Shown here: piece after piece, positions 1 through 9,370 of the stretch
Numbering within the stretch: position 1 is the stretch's first letter
Layout: every line of letters begins with the position of its first letter
From: an uncultured delta proteobacterium
GTDB taxonomy: Bacteria > Desulfobacterota > Binatia > UBA9968
NCBI GenBank assembly: GCA_963727625.1
Contig: CAVSHR010000005.1
Coordinates: 672,001-736,000, forward strand
Direction: 5' to 3'
Length of the DNA stretch: 64,000 bases
The notes under the pieces: model-generated
Databases searched by the model: none
The model's input: the letters and a program-made list of their open reading frames with translations, nothing else
What the model was told of the DNA's origin: nothing
Translations under genes and position numbers: made by a program

Positions 1-324
1 ATCACCAAAGAAGAGCTGCCGCTCCCCGTCGCGACATACATCGTCCCCTTCGCGGGCAAATCGACAGGGCGCAACCGCTTCGGCGCGCACCAGCCCGCCG
101 AGCAGGTTTACGGCAACACGCTCTATATCACGTGGTTCGGCGGCGGCCTGCGCGCCGTCGACTTCTCCAACCCGTACATGCCGAAAGAAATCGGTTACTA
201 CGTCCCGAATCCCGGCAAAGGCTACGACGTCGTCATGAGCAACGACGTCTTCCACGACAAGGACGGCAAGCTTTATCTGATCGATCGATATGAGGGGCTG
301 GAGATACTCGAACCGCAAATTTGA
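1..324 (+). CDS. LVIVD-repeat (beta-propeller-like) protein, 3' part only
   Basis: Not in the ORF track. Frame 1 reads ...RFGAHQPAEQVYGNTLYITWFGGGLRAVDFSNPYMPKEIGYYVP...LYLIDRYEGLEILEPQI* with TGA at 322-324, a typical LVIVD-family C-terminus. Confidence 0.75.
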   Translation: MTKEELPLPVATYIVPFAGKSTGRNRFGAHQPAEQVYGNTLYITWFGGGLRAVDFSNPYMPKEIGYYVPNPGKGYDVVMSNDVFHDKDGKLYLIDRYEGLEILEPQI

Positions 325-331
325 AAAACTC

Positions 332-428
332 CCGTTCAAAGGTTCAAGGTTCAATGTTTCTCGAAACCAAAGTCCTAACTCGGAGTTTTGTCTGACCTTG
401 AACTTTTGAACCTTGAACTCTTGAACGG
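332..428. repeat. Intergenic inverted array of GTTCAA/TTGAAC short units
   Basis: Three GTTCAA units on the left and four TTGAAC units on the right; outer ends CCGTTCAA...TTGAACGG. Confidence 0.8.
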
Positions 429-437
429 CTGTTGCCC

Positions 438-1029
438 ATGAAACTGTACAACGTTTCCTACTCCGGCAACTCCTACAAAGTCCGCTTGCTGTTGGCTCAG
501 CTCGGCATCCCCTGCGAGATCGTCGAAGTCGATATCCTGAAAGGTGAGAGCCGCACCGCCGAAATTTCTAAAGATCAATCCCAACGGCCGCACACCGGTG
601 CTCGACGACAACGGCTTTGTCCTAGCGGAATCCAACGCCATCCTCGCTTACCTGGCCAAAGGCACGAAATTCCTACCCGACGACCGGGAGAAATTCGGCC
701 TGGTTTTTCAGTGGATGTTTTTCGAGCAGTACAGCCATGAGCCATATATCGCCACGTCGCGCTTCTGGATTCAGCACAAACCCGACTCATCGGAGAAATC
801 CGCGCTTCTCGCATCGAAGCGCGAGGGCGGCTGGGCCGCTTTAAAAGTGATGGAAAATCATCTCGCCACGAACAACTTCTTCGTCGGCGATTACTCCATC
901 GCCGACATCGCCCTCTTCGCCTACACCCACGTCTCCGACGAAGGCGGATTTCCATTGGGTGATTTTCCGAAGATCAGAGCGTGGATCGAACGAATGAAAG
1001 ATCAGCCTGGCTTTGTACCGATGGTATAA
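438..1029 (+). pseudogene. Glutathione S-transferase family protein with one frameshift (~563), possibly a sequencing error
   Basis: MKLYNVSYSGNSYKVRLLL...GESRTAE in one frame continues as FLKINPNGRTPVL...LAESNAIL in another; there is one extra A in GAAATTTCTA. Confidence 0.85.
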
Positions 1030-1041
1030 CGCGCAACCTCG

Positions 1042-1064
1042 GATGGTGCGCAAGCGCACGCACG
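1042..1064 (-). repeat. GTAG-type REP-like palindrome, left copy (degenerate foot)
   Basis: GATGGTGCGCAAGCGCAC (1042-1059) is the exact reverse complement of 1366-1383. Confidence 0.7.
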
Positions 1065-1073
1065 AACACCGCG

Positions 1074-1364
1074 ATGCTCGCAGACGATAAACCGGATTGG
1101 CGACTCCAGGATCAGGAGAAATATTTGCACGGCTTGACGTTAGTGCATTGTCGATACCACGAGTATCCGAAGAATCTGAAATGGGATCATGATCATTGCA
1201 AGTTTTGCTGGGCCAAGTTTACGGTCGGAGATTTGCTAGACTCGTTGCATCAAGGGTACGCGACGAAAGATGATTACCACTGGATATGTGAGCAGTGCTT
1301 TGCCGATTTTAGGAATATTTTCGAATGGAGGGTTATTGATAAATTAGATAAATCAAAACCGTAG
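1074..1364 (+). CDS. Small hypothetical Cys/His-rich protein (WDHDHCxFC...WICxxCF)
   Basis: 96 aa from ATG 1074, with two CxxC motifs and AT-richer DNA than its neighbours. Confidence 0.7.
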   Translation: MLADDKPDWRLQDQEKYLHGLTLVHCRYHEYPKNLKWDHDHCKFCWAKFTVGDLLDSLHQGYATKDDYHWICEQCFADFRNIFEWRVIDKLDKSKP

Positions 1365-1383
1365 GGTGCGCTTGCGCACCATC
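1360..1383 (+). repeat. GTAG-type REP-like palindrome, right copy
   Basis: CGTAG-GGTGCG-CTTG-CGCACC is a GTAG foot followed by a 6-bp hairpin. Confidence 0.75.
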
Positions 1384-1391
1384 GATCCATT

Positions 1392-2297
1392 CTAAATTCG
1401 AGTTTTCTTGTTTTCTTCCAACTCCTCCAACGTTCGTGGCCAATCCTGTTTAAGCAGTCTGGACAAACTCCGGTCCGCCAGCAGCTTTCCTTCGGTCTGG
1501 CACTTGGCGCAGTAGTTGGTCTCGTTCTCGGCGTGTACGATGCGTTGGACCGGCGAGCCGCAGACGGGGCAAGGCTTGCGAAACTTGCCATGCACGGCCA
1601 TGTCTGGGCGAAAGGCGGTGACTTTTTCGGGGAAGCCGGTTCCTCGTTCCGTTCGCAGGCGCTCGACCCACTCCGCGAGCGATTCGCGTGTCGCGCGATA
1701 CAGACGTTCGATTTCGTCCTTCGCCATCTGTTGGCTCAGGCGTATAGGTGAGAGGCGGGCGCGATGGAGGATCTCGTCCGAGTAGGCGTTGCCGATGCCG
1801 CTGAACAGATGCGGATCGGTGAGCAAACGTTTCAATGTGTGATTTTCCCGCGTAAGGGCTTCGCGGAATTGTTCGAGACTTACTTCGAGAATTTCCAGAC
1901 CACCGGGATCATGCTCCCGCATCGCGGCTTGGCCGCGGACCAAATGAATCGACGCGCGTTTTTTCGTTCCGGCCTCGGTCAAGAGCAGCGTGCCGTTGGG
2001 AAAATCGAACGCGGCCTGGCCGTACTTGCGCGCAATCTTCGCACCCTTCGGTTTCCAGTGAAACCGTCCGGCGACCATGAGATGCACGACGATAAAAAAC
2101 TCGTCGTCGAGCTCTAAAACGATACGCTTACCGAGCCGACGCAGCGCTAAAACCTTCTTTCCTTCCGCCGCGCTGATGGACGGATCGAATGAGCGCAATA
2201 TGAACGGACTGCCGATGCGAATCTTTTGAATCGGCTGATTCAGCACGCGCTCCGAGAGCGCTTCGATATAAACCGTAACGTCGGGATACTCGGGCAT
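1392..2297 (-). CDS. Fpg/Nei family DNA glycosylase/AP lyase
   Basis: N-terminal PEYPDV, RLGK, HLMVAG, H2TH motif SGIGNAYSDEIL, and C-terminal zinc finger CPVC...YCAKCQ. Confidence 0.93.
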   Translation of the reverse strand: MPEYPDVTVYIEALSERVLNQPIQKIRIGSPFILRSFDPSISAAEGKKVLALRRLGKRIVLELDDEFFIVVHLMVAGRFHWKPKGAKIARKYGQAAFDFPNGTLLLTEAGTKKRASIHLVRGQAAMREHDPGGLEILEVSLEQFREALTRENHTLKRLLTDPHLFSGIGNAYSDEILHRARLSPIRLSQQMAKDEIERLYRATRESLAEWVERLRTERGTGFPEKVTAFRPDMAVHGKFRKPCPVCGSPVQRIVHAENETNYCAKCQTEGKLLADRSLSRLLKQDWPRTLEELEENKKTRI

Positions 2298-2344
2298 GGC
2301 GTGTCAGTCACCAGGAGCACTCACGGACTGCTCCGACAGTCCCC

Positions 2345-2388
2345 TGAAACGGCTTGAACATTTTGAACGTTTTGAACGACTTGAACTC
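2345..2388. repeat. Tandem TTGAAC-containing 9-mer array (half element)
   Basis: cttgaacat tttgaacgt tttgaacga cttgaactc; same unit family as 332-428 and 15011-15137. Confidence 0.7.
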
Positions 2389-2391
2389 TTT

Positions 2392-3813
2392 CTACCCCAA
2401 CCCGCCACTCTCCCTGAGCGTCAAAAATTCCTTCGCCTGCATCGGGAAGAGCACGCCGAGAAGAATATCTTCATCGCTCTTGGCTAGCGGGCCGAGATCT
2501 TTGATCGCCTTATCCCAATCGGCGGGATCGGCCATCTCTCCGGAGCGCAGCGAATAATCCGGCTCTTTGTCTTTCATGATTTTCTTGACCAGTTCTTTGT
2601 TCACTTCCCCCGGCGGTCGCCCATACTTTCCTTTTACATAGTCGCTGGTCTCGCGGCTGACGATCTTGTATCGCTCTCCAGCCAATACGTTGAGCACCGC
2701 CTGCACGCCGACGATCTGGCTCGTCGGCGTGAGCAGCGGCGGATGCCCGAGATCCTTCTCCACGCTCGGCGTTTCCTTGAGCGCCGCCTCCATCAAATCC
2801 ATCCGCTTGGCTTCCTTAAGTTGCGCCACCATATTCGAGATCATTCCGCCGGGAACCTTATGAATGAAAACGTCGGCGCTGACTCCGGTGTATCCGGTCT
2901 CGTATTTTTCGTACTTCTCTTTGATCTGCCTGGTGATCTGCGCCGGCTCCTCCAGTGCCTTTATGTCGATCCCGGTATCGAAGGGTGTGCCTTTCAATGA
3001 CGCGACCATCGTCTCCGTTGCCGGATGCGCCGAGCCGAAAGACAACGGCGACAAAACGGTGTCGATCATATCGACGCCGGCCAAGATCGCCATCAGATGA
3101 CTCATGCTCGATGTCCCGCCCATGTCGTGGCAGTGGAGTAGCACCGGCAGCTTGCCTTTGGCCCGGTCTTTGATGCCCTTGATGATTCTGTAACTATCGA
3201 AGGGCGTCAAGATCCCCGTAGCGTCTTTGAACGACAGCCAATCGGCGCCGACTTCGATCAATTGCTCGGCGTACTCCATCCATTTTTCCAAAGTATGCAC
3301 CGGACTCACCGTGTAATTGACTTCTACATGGGCCTCGCCACCGAGCTCTTTGACCGCCTTGGTGGCGGTTTCGATGTTTCTAAAATCGTTGGTCGCCTCG
3401 AAGATGCGAAACACGTTCATGCCGTTGGCGATCGCCCGCTCGACAAATTTGTAAACGATATTGTCGCTATAGGGCCGATAGGCCAGAATATGCTGGCCGC
3501 GCAAGAGCATCTGCAGCTTGGTCTTCGGCATCACCGCCTTGATCCGCCGCAGCCGTTCCCAGGGGTCTTCCTTCAAATAACGCATGCACACGTCAAAGGT
3601 GGCGCCGCCCCAAACCTCTACGGCGTAAAACCCGCAGTTGTCGAGAGATGCACAGAGCGGCAGCAAATCGTCAGTGGTAACGCGCGTGGCAAGCTTGCAC
3701 TGCTGCCCGTCGCGCGGCGTCAAGTCGGTGATCTTCACGCGTCGGCTGCCCACGGGTTCCGTCAACAGATGGGTCATGTCGGCGGCAAGTTGATCTAAAA
3801 TTTTATCACTCAT
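2392..3813 (-). CDS. Oxaloacetate decarboxylase alpha / pyruvate carboxylase B-type carboxyltransferase without a biotin-carrier domain
   Basis: Motifs RDGQQ, EVWGGATFDVCMRYLKEDPWERLR, KDATG, LHCH, PGGMISN and TPTSQIVG. No MKM biotinyl domain. Start placed at ATG 3813 behind AGGAG. Confidence 0.9.
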   Translation of the reverse strand: MSDKILDQLAADMTHLLTEPVGSRRVKITDLTPRDGQQCKLATRVTTDDLLPLCASLDNCGFYAVEVWGGATFDVCMRYLKEDPWERLRRIKAVMPKTKLQMLLRGQHILAYRPYSDNIVYKFVERAIANGMNVFRIFEATNDFRNIETATKAVKELGGEAHVEVNYTVSPVHTLEKWMEYAEQLIEVGADWLSFKDATGILTPFDSYRIIKGIKDRAKGKLPVLLHCHDMGGTSSMSHLMAILAGVDMIDTVLSPLSFGSAHPATETMVASLKGTPFDTGIDIKALEEPAQITRQIKEKYEKYETGYTGVSADVFIHKVPGGMISNMVAQLKEAKRMDLMEAALKETPSVEKDLGHPPLLTPTSQIVGVQAVLNVLAGERYKIVSRETSDYVKGKYGRPPGEVNKELVKKIMKDKEPDYSLRSGEMADPADWDKAIKDLGPLAKSDEDILLGVLFPMQAKEFLTLRESGGLG

Positions 3814-3944
3814 GGAATTGCTCCTGTCTTCTCCGAACTTCAACAACGATTCTTTTTGAATGTTTATAGGCTATTTCGGATGGCGCAGTAAAGAAGGCAA
3901 CCCTTACCTTGCTTTTCCGCGGCGATTCTCTTACATACCGGCAG

Positions 3945-4292
3945 ATGAAGATCGTCCGATTGTACACCGGCGGCGACAACGAATCGCACTTCGAAGACGT
4001 CGATGTGGATCTGAATGTCGCCGGCCGGCTTCAAGCTTCGGCCCTCCAGCCCGCTCTTGGAATTGTTTTTCGCTCGGCGCCGGCCAATCATTTGAGCGAC
4101 TTTCATCCCGTGCCGAAGCGGCAGTATGTGATCACACTTTCTGGCCAGGTCGAAATCGAAACCGGCGACGGCACCGTGCGGCACTTCGGTGCGGGCGATG
4201 TGATGCTCGCCGAGGACACTACCGGCCACGGCCACATCACCCGGGTCGTCGGCGGCGAGCCGCGCAACTACGTGTTTATTCCTTTGCTCTAG
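3945..4292 (+). CDS. Small cupin-fold protein
   Basis: FHPVPKRQYVITLSGQVEIETGDG...GDVMLAEDTTGHGH. Confidence 0.8.
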   Translation: MKIVRLYTGGDNESHFEDVDVDLNVAGRLQASALQPALGIVFRSAPANHLSDFHPVPKRQYVITLSGQVEIETGDGTVRHFGAGDVMLAEDTTGHGHITRVVGGEPRNYVFIPLL

Positions 4293-4307
4293 AGAGACTC
4301 GATCAAA

Positions 4308-5510
4308 GTGCAGCGATCACCTGTGCCGGAGCAACGAGACCGTCTTTCCGTCTGGATCGTCCCATGCTCGAACTTGATGCCGTCCATGATGGTGGCGACG
4401 CTCGGCATCGCGCTGCCGGAGATCCGTCAAACTTTTGCACTCTCCGAAGTTGCTGCGGGCAGCCTGTTCTCGGTGATGATGATCATCGCCGCTTTGACCA
4501 GCGCCGTTGCCGGCCGCCTTGCCGACAAGATCGGCCGCAAAACCGTCCTGATCACCGGTCTTAGCCTGCTCGCTTTCGGGTTCTCCAGCGCCGGCATCAG
4601 CGGTCAGCGCTGGTGGTTTTACTTTTTTCTCGCGGTGACTGGAATCGGTTATGGCTTCACGCCGCCGTCGCTTTACGCAATCATGTCCGACTTGTTGCCG
4701 CAGCGCCGCGGTTTCGGCGCGAGTCTGGTGTCCGTCACTTATGGCATCGGCGGCGCCATCGGCGCCTTGTTGGCCAGCCGTGTTGCCGCGGCCTTCGGTT
4801 GGCGCGCCGCTTTTGTCAGCGTCGGAGGTATTGCCGCCGTGGATATGCTGGTGCAGCTTTATTGGATTCGCGACATTCGGCGTGTCCGCACCGCCGCGCG
4901 CATGGGCTCAATGAAGTCCGCACTGTCGTTTTCGATCGCGCTATTGGCGCTCGCTGAATTTATCGGGGGCTCGGTATTCTGGAGTTGCGCCGCCTGGACG
5001 CCGACCGCTCTGCGCGGCGCCAAGGCCCTCACCCTCCAAGAAACCGGTTGGGTCATGAGCGTGCTCAGTATGGCGAATATGCTCGGCTCGTTTTCGCTGG
5101 GCTCGTTGTCTGACAAGTTCGGACGCAAACCGGTGATCACGCTCAGCGCCGTGCCCGCGGCTGCGGCCGCATTCGCGGTATTTTATTGGCTGCAATCGCC
5201 GGTCGGTCTGGGGTTGGGAGTTTTTGTCTTCGGAGTGCTGAAAGCCTCGGTACCTGCTCTGGTCGTGGCGCTCGCGCAAGAAGCAGCGCCGGCCGGAAGC
5301 GCCGGCACCGCCGCCGGCATCATCATGTCGCTGCACTACACCGCCGGCGTGTTGGCGCCGTTGCTCGCCGCCAAGTTGATAACCGCCAGCGGAGATATTC
5401 TATTTGCGATGATCCTGGTTTCATCCGTGCCGCTGCTTTTGTATGCCGCCTTGATCGGTGCCGTGCGCGAGCGCGCCGTGACGCCATCAAATTTTGCGAT
5501 CCAACCTTGA
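4308..5510 (+). CDS. MFS transporter
   Basis: About 12 hydrophobic segments, with motif A twice (GRLADKIGRK, GSLSDKFGRK). Confidence 0.9.
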   Translation: MQRSPVPEQRDRLSVWIVPCSNLMPSMMVATLGIALPEIRQTFALSEVAAGSLFSVMMIIAALTSAVAGRLADKIGRKTVLITGLSLLAFGFSSAGISGQRWWFYFFLAVTGIGYGFTPPSLYAIMSDLLPQRRGFGASLVSVTYGIGGAIGALLASRVAAAFGWRAAFVSVGGIAAVDMLVQLYWIRDIRRVRTAARMGSMKSALSFSIALLALAEFIGGSVFWSCAAWTPTALRGAKALTLQETGWVMSVLSMANMLGSFSLGSLSDKFGRKPVITLSAVPAAAAAFAVFYWLQSPVGLGLGVFVFGVLKASVPALVVALAQEAAPAGSAGTAAGIIMSLHYTAGVLAPLLAAKLITASGDILFAMILVSSVPLLLYAALIGAVRERAVTPSNFAIQP

Positions 5511-5518
5511 CCCGCTCG

Positions 5519-6361
5519 CTACAAGCCGAGAATTCTCTCGGCGTTGCCGTGATAAATATTCTCCATCAGCGCATCCGAGTAGCCGAGTTCTTGCCACTCC
5601 TTGAAAATCCGCTCGTAGGGCAGGCTTGGATAGTCGCTGCCGAACATGATCTTGTCCTTCAGTCGGCTTTTGATGTCGCGCTTGAGCGCATCGGGAAAAT
5701 ATTTCGGCGCCCAACCCGAAAGTTCCCAGGAGACATTGCCTTTATGGAGCGCAACGGCGAGCATCTCTTCGGTCCACGGCCAGCCGGGATGCGCCGCGAC
5801 GATGTTTAAATTGGGAAAATCCGCAGCCAGCCGATCTATCGCCTTAGGATGGGCGTGGCGGATTACCGCACCCAACCCGCCGGGCATGCCGGCGCCCATA
5901 CCGGTCGTGCCGACATCGATCATCACCGGCGCTTTGAGCGCGTCGATGGCTTCCCACAGCGGGTAGAAGCGCCGCTCGTCGACCGAGAAGTGGCCCATGA
6001 TCGGATGAAAATGAAACCCGAATAGCTTGAAGTCTTCAACGGCTCTTCTCGCGTCCTCGATGGCCTGCTCCCCTTTGAGCGGATCGACCGCACCCCAGGC
6101 CTGGCGAATCACGCCCGGATAAGCGTCACGCATGCGCGCGACGTATTCATTGGTGCAAGGGGGCGCGCCGGTGACGGTTTCGATATCGAATGCGACGAGC
6201 ATCGCTTCGACGCCGGCGCGCTGAAATTCGGCGATAACCTCGTCCTCTTGCTTCCAAGTCCAGGCGCGATTCCAGTACTTTGCCAACGCTTCGACGTAGG
6301 GCCCCTGCGATTTGATCCACGGTTCGGTATTCGGATAGCAATGTAAATCGATGATCCGCAC
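5519..6361 (-). CDS. Amidohydrolase_2 family protein
   Basis: IIDLHCY, AAHPGWPW and MFGSDYP motifs. Confidence 0.88.
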   Translation of the reverse strand: MRIIDLHCYPNTEPWIKSQGPYVEALAKYWNRAWTWKQEDEVIAEFQRAGVEAMLVAFDIETVTGAPPCTNEYVARMRDAYPGVIRQAWGAVDPLKGEQAIEDARRAVEDFKLFGFHFHPIMGHFSVDERRFYPLWEAIDALKAPVMIDVGTTGMGAGMPGGLGAVIRHAHPKAIDRLAADFPNLNIVAAHPGWPWTEEMLAVALHKGNVSWELSGWAPKYFPDALKRDIKSRLKDKIMFGSDYPSLPYERIFKEWQELGYSDALMENIYHGNAERILGL

Positions 6362-6409
6362 TGATCTTTTTTCTCCCGCACGGAAAGTTAATGCATCCGG
6401 CAGGGGGCG

Positions 6410-6439
6410 AGAATAACGTTCGGTTCATTCAGCTGTCAA
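6410..6439 (-). promoter_or_regulatory. Possible sigma70 promoter for the amidohydrolase
   Basis: Minus strand TTGACA-N18-TATTCT about 50 nt upstream of the start. Confidence 0.35.
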
Positions 6440-6729
6440 GCCGGTTCCAGACATTCCCCGGACCCTGGCGTACTCGGGATTGCATCCGAGAATTGCCTCA
6501 AATTAACCTTTCAGTGGCCAACTTCTTGCGAAGAACTCGAATTTCGGCTCGGCAGCTTTTCAAAAATATCCGTGCGCTCAACACTCACGGTCGAGACACC
6601 AATTAACGCCCACAGGGCTGCCGTTCGTCCATTGAGAGTCTCAGGACGAACCGCTTGTCTTCCGGAACTTGAAAAAGTGACGAATCTACGGCTGGATCGT
6701 CAAAAGCCGGTGCGGCGTGCATCCGTGAG

Positions 6730-7827
6730 TCACGCCGCTTTGAAAGTCGAGGTCACTTGCTGATGCCCGCCATTCTCTTTGAGCTCTTCTTCGTGGTAAA
6801 GACAGAGCGCGCTCATAACCGGCAAGTCTTGGATCGAGAACAGCACGGCGTCTGTGCTCGCCGATGAATTCGCGTGCTCATGCAGCGCCCAAGGCGGAAT
6901 GGCGAGGAGATCGCCTTTCCGCCATTCGAATTGTTGGCCGTCGACCACGGTAGACCCTGCGCCCTGTACGACATGGTAAACCGCGCTGCCGGTGTGCCGA
7001 TGTGCCTTGGTGTGCTCGCCCGGCCGCAGCAGCTGGATCATGCAGGCCATGGTCGGCAGCACCGGCCCGCCGGTTTGCGGATGGCGGTATTCGAGCAGCA
7101 CACCGTCGTGGGCGCTGCCTTCATTCTCGCGCAACGAGTCCAAAGCCTTCCACGCTTCCTCCCAGGTGTAAAGTAACAACGGCGAGGATTGCGGTTTCTC
7201 TTTGACCCAGGTCGGCGTGATATGCGCGTGGCCGTACATTTTTCCTGAAGAGTTGGGCGGACGGGAGGCCGGCACCTGCGGCGCAGAATAAAACTGGAAG
7301 AACATCGCTTCTAAGGACGCAATCAACGGAATATCCAGACCATCCATCCAAACGACGCGCTCCTTGGTCTCGTTGCCGTGGTCATGCCAGGCCCAACTCG
7401 GCGTCAGAATCAAATCTCCCGGCGCCATGTAAACCCGCTCGCCGTCCACCGCCGTATACGCGCCCGTGCCTTCGATGATAAAGCGAATCGCCGTCGGAGT
7501 GTGGCGGTGCGCCCGCGCGACCTCGCCCGGCAGGAGAATCTGCAGAGCGGCAATTAAATTGTTGGTCGTCGCCCACCGACCGCCGAGACCCGGATTGAAC
7601 AGCTGCAGGGCGCGCCGCTCGTCCCCCACCGGCACGGCCCGGGCCGATTCCTCGATAATCGACTCGGTCACCGACCATGGCCATATATGCGGAATCATTT
7701 TGGGCTGGGGATGCGGCGTCATCTGACTCGCCAGCTCCCACAGGCCGTACATGTTGTTGGCGTGCATGCGCTCATGAAACGCCGCGCGAAATGCGTCTGC
7801 TTCAGATCTCGGCTCCGATTTAGCCAT
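6730..7827 (-). CDS. Gentisate 1,2-dioxygenase-like bicupin
   Basis: ERRALQLFNPGL, AHRHTPTAIRF, WHDHGN, WMDGLDIP and a second HRHTGS cupin motif. Confidence 0.88.
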   Translation of the reverse strand: MAKSEPRSEADAFRAAFHERMHANNMYGLWELASQMTPHPQPKMIPHIWPWSVTESIIEESARAVPVGDERRALQLFNPGLGGRWATTNNLIAALQILLPGEVARAHRHTPTAIRFIIEGTGAYTAVDGERVYMAPGDLILTPSWAWHDHGNETKERVVWMDGLDIPLIASLEAMFFQFYSAPQVPASRPPNSSGKMYGHAHITPTWVKEKPQSSPLLLYTWEEAWKALDSLRENEGSAHDGVLLEYRHPQTGGPVLPTMACMIQLLRPGEHTKAHRHTGSAVYHVVQGAGSTVVDGQQFEWRKGDLLAIPPWALHEHANSSASTDAVLFSIQDLPVMSALCLYHEEELKENGGHQQVTSTFKAA

Positions 7828-8105
7828 GGGAACCTCCTACGTGGCACGGCCGGCGCGGCGAATGGATCAAATTTAAAGCCGCCGGCTTTTTAGCTACTTT
7901 TAACGTATCCGACGCTCTATTCCGATGTCAAATCACGGCTCAGCTCATCGCCGTCTTTCTCCCCGTCGCCGCGGAGTTGCCGTCTGACCGGTTCCATGTT
8001 GTTATTGACCGATGGCATCAAGGGAATTACGTTTAGTTTAACCTTCTGTGCAGGTATCCCAGTGCAATGCCCGGATAGCAGCCCAACAAAAAAGAACCTA
8101 TCTTC

Positions 8106-8864
8106 ATGTTTCCCTATCGCGACGAGAATGAAACCCAACGCGCGGCGATCATCACCGGGGCGATCATCGTCCTGAATGTATTGGTCTGGATCTTCGTCCA
8201 AGGCGCCGGCTCCATGGTGCCGCTGGCGCGCTCGGTGTGCGAGCTCGGTCTCATTCCCGGCGAGTTGACTCTATCTTTACCGCCTGGAACGCGATTCCCG
8301 ATGGGCGACCGGCTGCTTTGTTTGACCGATTCCGGCCGTCAGGTGTCGCATATATTCACCTCCATGTTCCTGCACGGATCTTGGATGCACCTGTTGGGCA
8401 ACATGTGGTTTCTATGGCTCTTCGGCAACAACGTCGAAGATTCCATGGGAAGGCTGCGCTTTATCGTTTTCTATCTCGCCTGCGGGCTGGCGGCGGCCGC
8501 CGGTCAAATCGTGACCAGCCCTGACTCGGTAGTGCCCATGGTGGGCGCTTCCGGAGCCATTAGCGGCGTGATGGGCGCCTATTTGATTCTATTTCCGCGG
8601 GTGCGCGTTTACACACTCGTGTTTCTGGGCTTCTTTTTCACGTCGATCGCCATCCCCGCATGGGTGATGCTCGGTTACTGGTTTTTTATTCAACTTGCGA
8701 GCGGTGTCTTGACTGCCGGCAACGACGTCGGCGGAGTCGCTTTCTGGGCCCATGTCGGCGGTTTCCTCGCCGGCGTCGCGCTGATCAAACTGTTCATTCG
8801 CGATGACTATCTAGAGGCCCATAGAAGCGGCAATTGGCGGCCCCGCCGCGTCATGTTCAACTAA
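8106..8864 (+). CDS. Rhomboid family intramembrane serine protease
   Basis: SMFLHGSWMHLLGNM, catalytic GASG and AHVGGF. Confidence 0.93.
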   Translation: MFPYRDENETQRAAIITGAIIVLNVLVWIFVQGAGSMVPLARSVCELGLIPGELTLSLPPGTRFPMGDRLLCLTDSGRQVSHIFTSMFLHGSWMHLLGNMWFLWLFGNNVEDSMGRLRFIVFYLACGLAAAAGQIVTSPDSVVPMVGASGAISGVMGAYLILFPRVRVYTLVFLGFFFTSIAIPAWVMLGYWFFIQLASGVLTAGNDVGGVAFWAHVGGFLAGVALIKLFIRDDYLEAHRSGNWRPRRVMFN

Positions 8865-9202
8865 CTCACCCGTCGTATAACCGCGAACGCTCCTCCAGCT
8901 GCGCCCGAACTTCGATTGTGTATCGGGGCGGACATGCTATATTGAGCGCGCTTATGCTCTATAGAATCATATTGCCGAGAATCCATCGCCGGCCAGGTAG
9001 AATGATTCTCGTCTTGACCGCCGCGGGGGCTTCCGACTCTGCGCCGCGGCGCTCGTGCCTGGAGAGAATTTCTTAGCCGCCGGGACAAACTTCAGTCCCC
9101 GGCAGCAGCCGCCACCTCTTCAAACCCGCGGATCTTCCGCTGCGCCCCCGTTCTTGACGCAGATCCCCGTGTCCATGAGAGTGCGATCGAGGAGAGTTAA
9201 AG

Positions 9203-9343
9203 ATGTTTGACGCGTTCGAATATGCCATGGGTATTTACGCCGTGAGCATCGGCGTAACCTTCGTGGTCTGGCTGGTCATCGTCCTCATCCGCTGGTTCTC
9301 GCGCGATAAACCGCTCGCCGTTGCCAAAAAATCAGCACTCTAG
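9203..9343 (+). CDS. Putative Na+-translocating decarboxylase gamma/delta-like subunit (46 aa, one TM helix)
   Basis: Below the ORF-track cutoff. MFDAFEYAMGIYAVSIGVTFVVWLVIVLIRWFSRDKPLAVAKKSAL*, with RBS GAGGAG, directly upstream of the beta subunit. Confidence 0.7.
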   Translation: MFDAFEYAMGIYAVSIGVTFVVWLVIVLIRWFSRDKPLAVAKKSAL

Positions 9344-9370
9344 TCCATTCGCCACAGGAGAAAATCGATC

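Noticed and set aside
555-570. GST frameshift as programmed frameshifting or phase variation
   Set aside because: It is a single extra A with no long homopolymer or clear stimulatory structure. Similar isolated indels occur in the SDR, hsdR and yhcG genes, so sequencing error or simple mutation is more likely.
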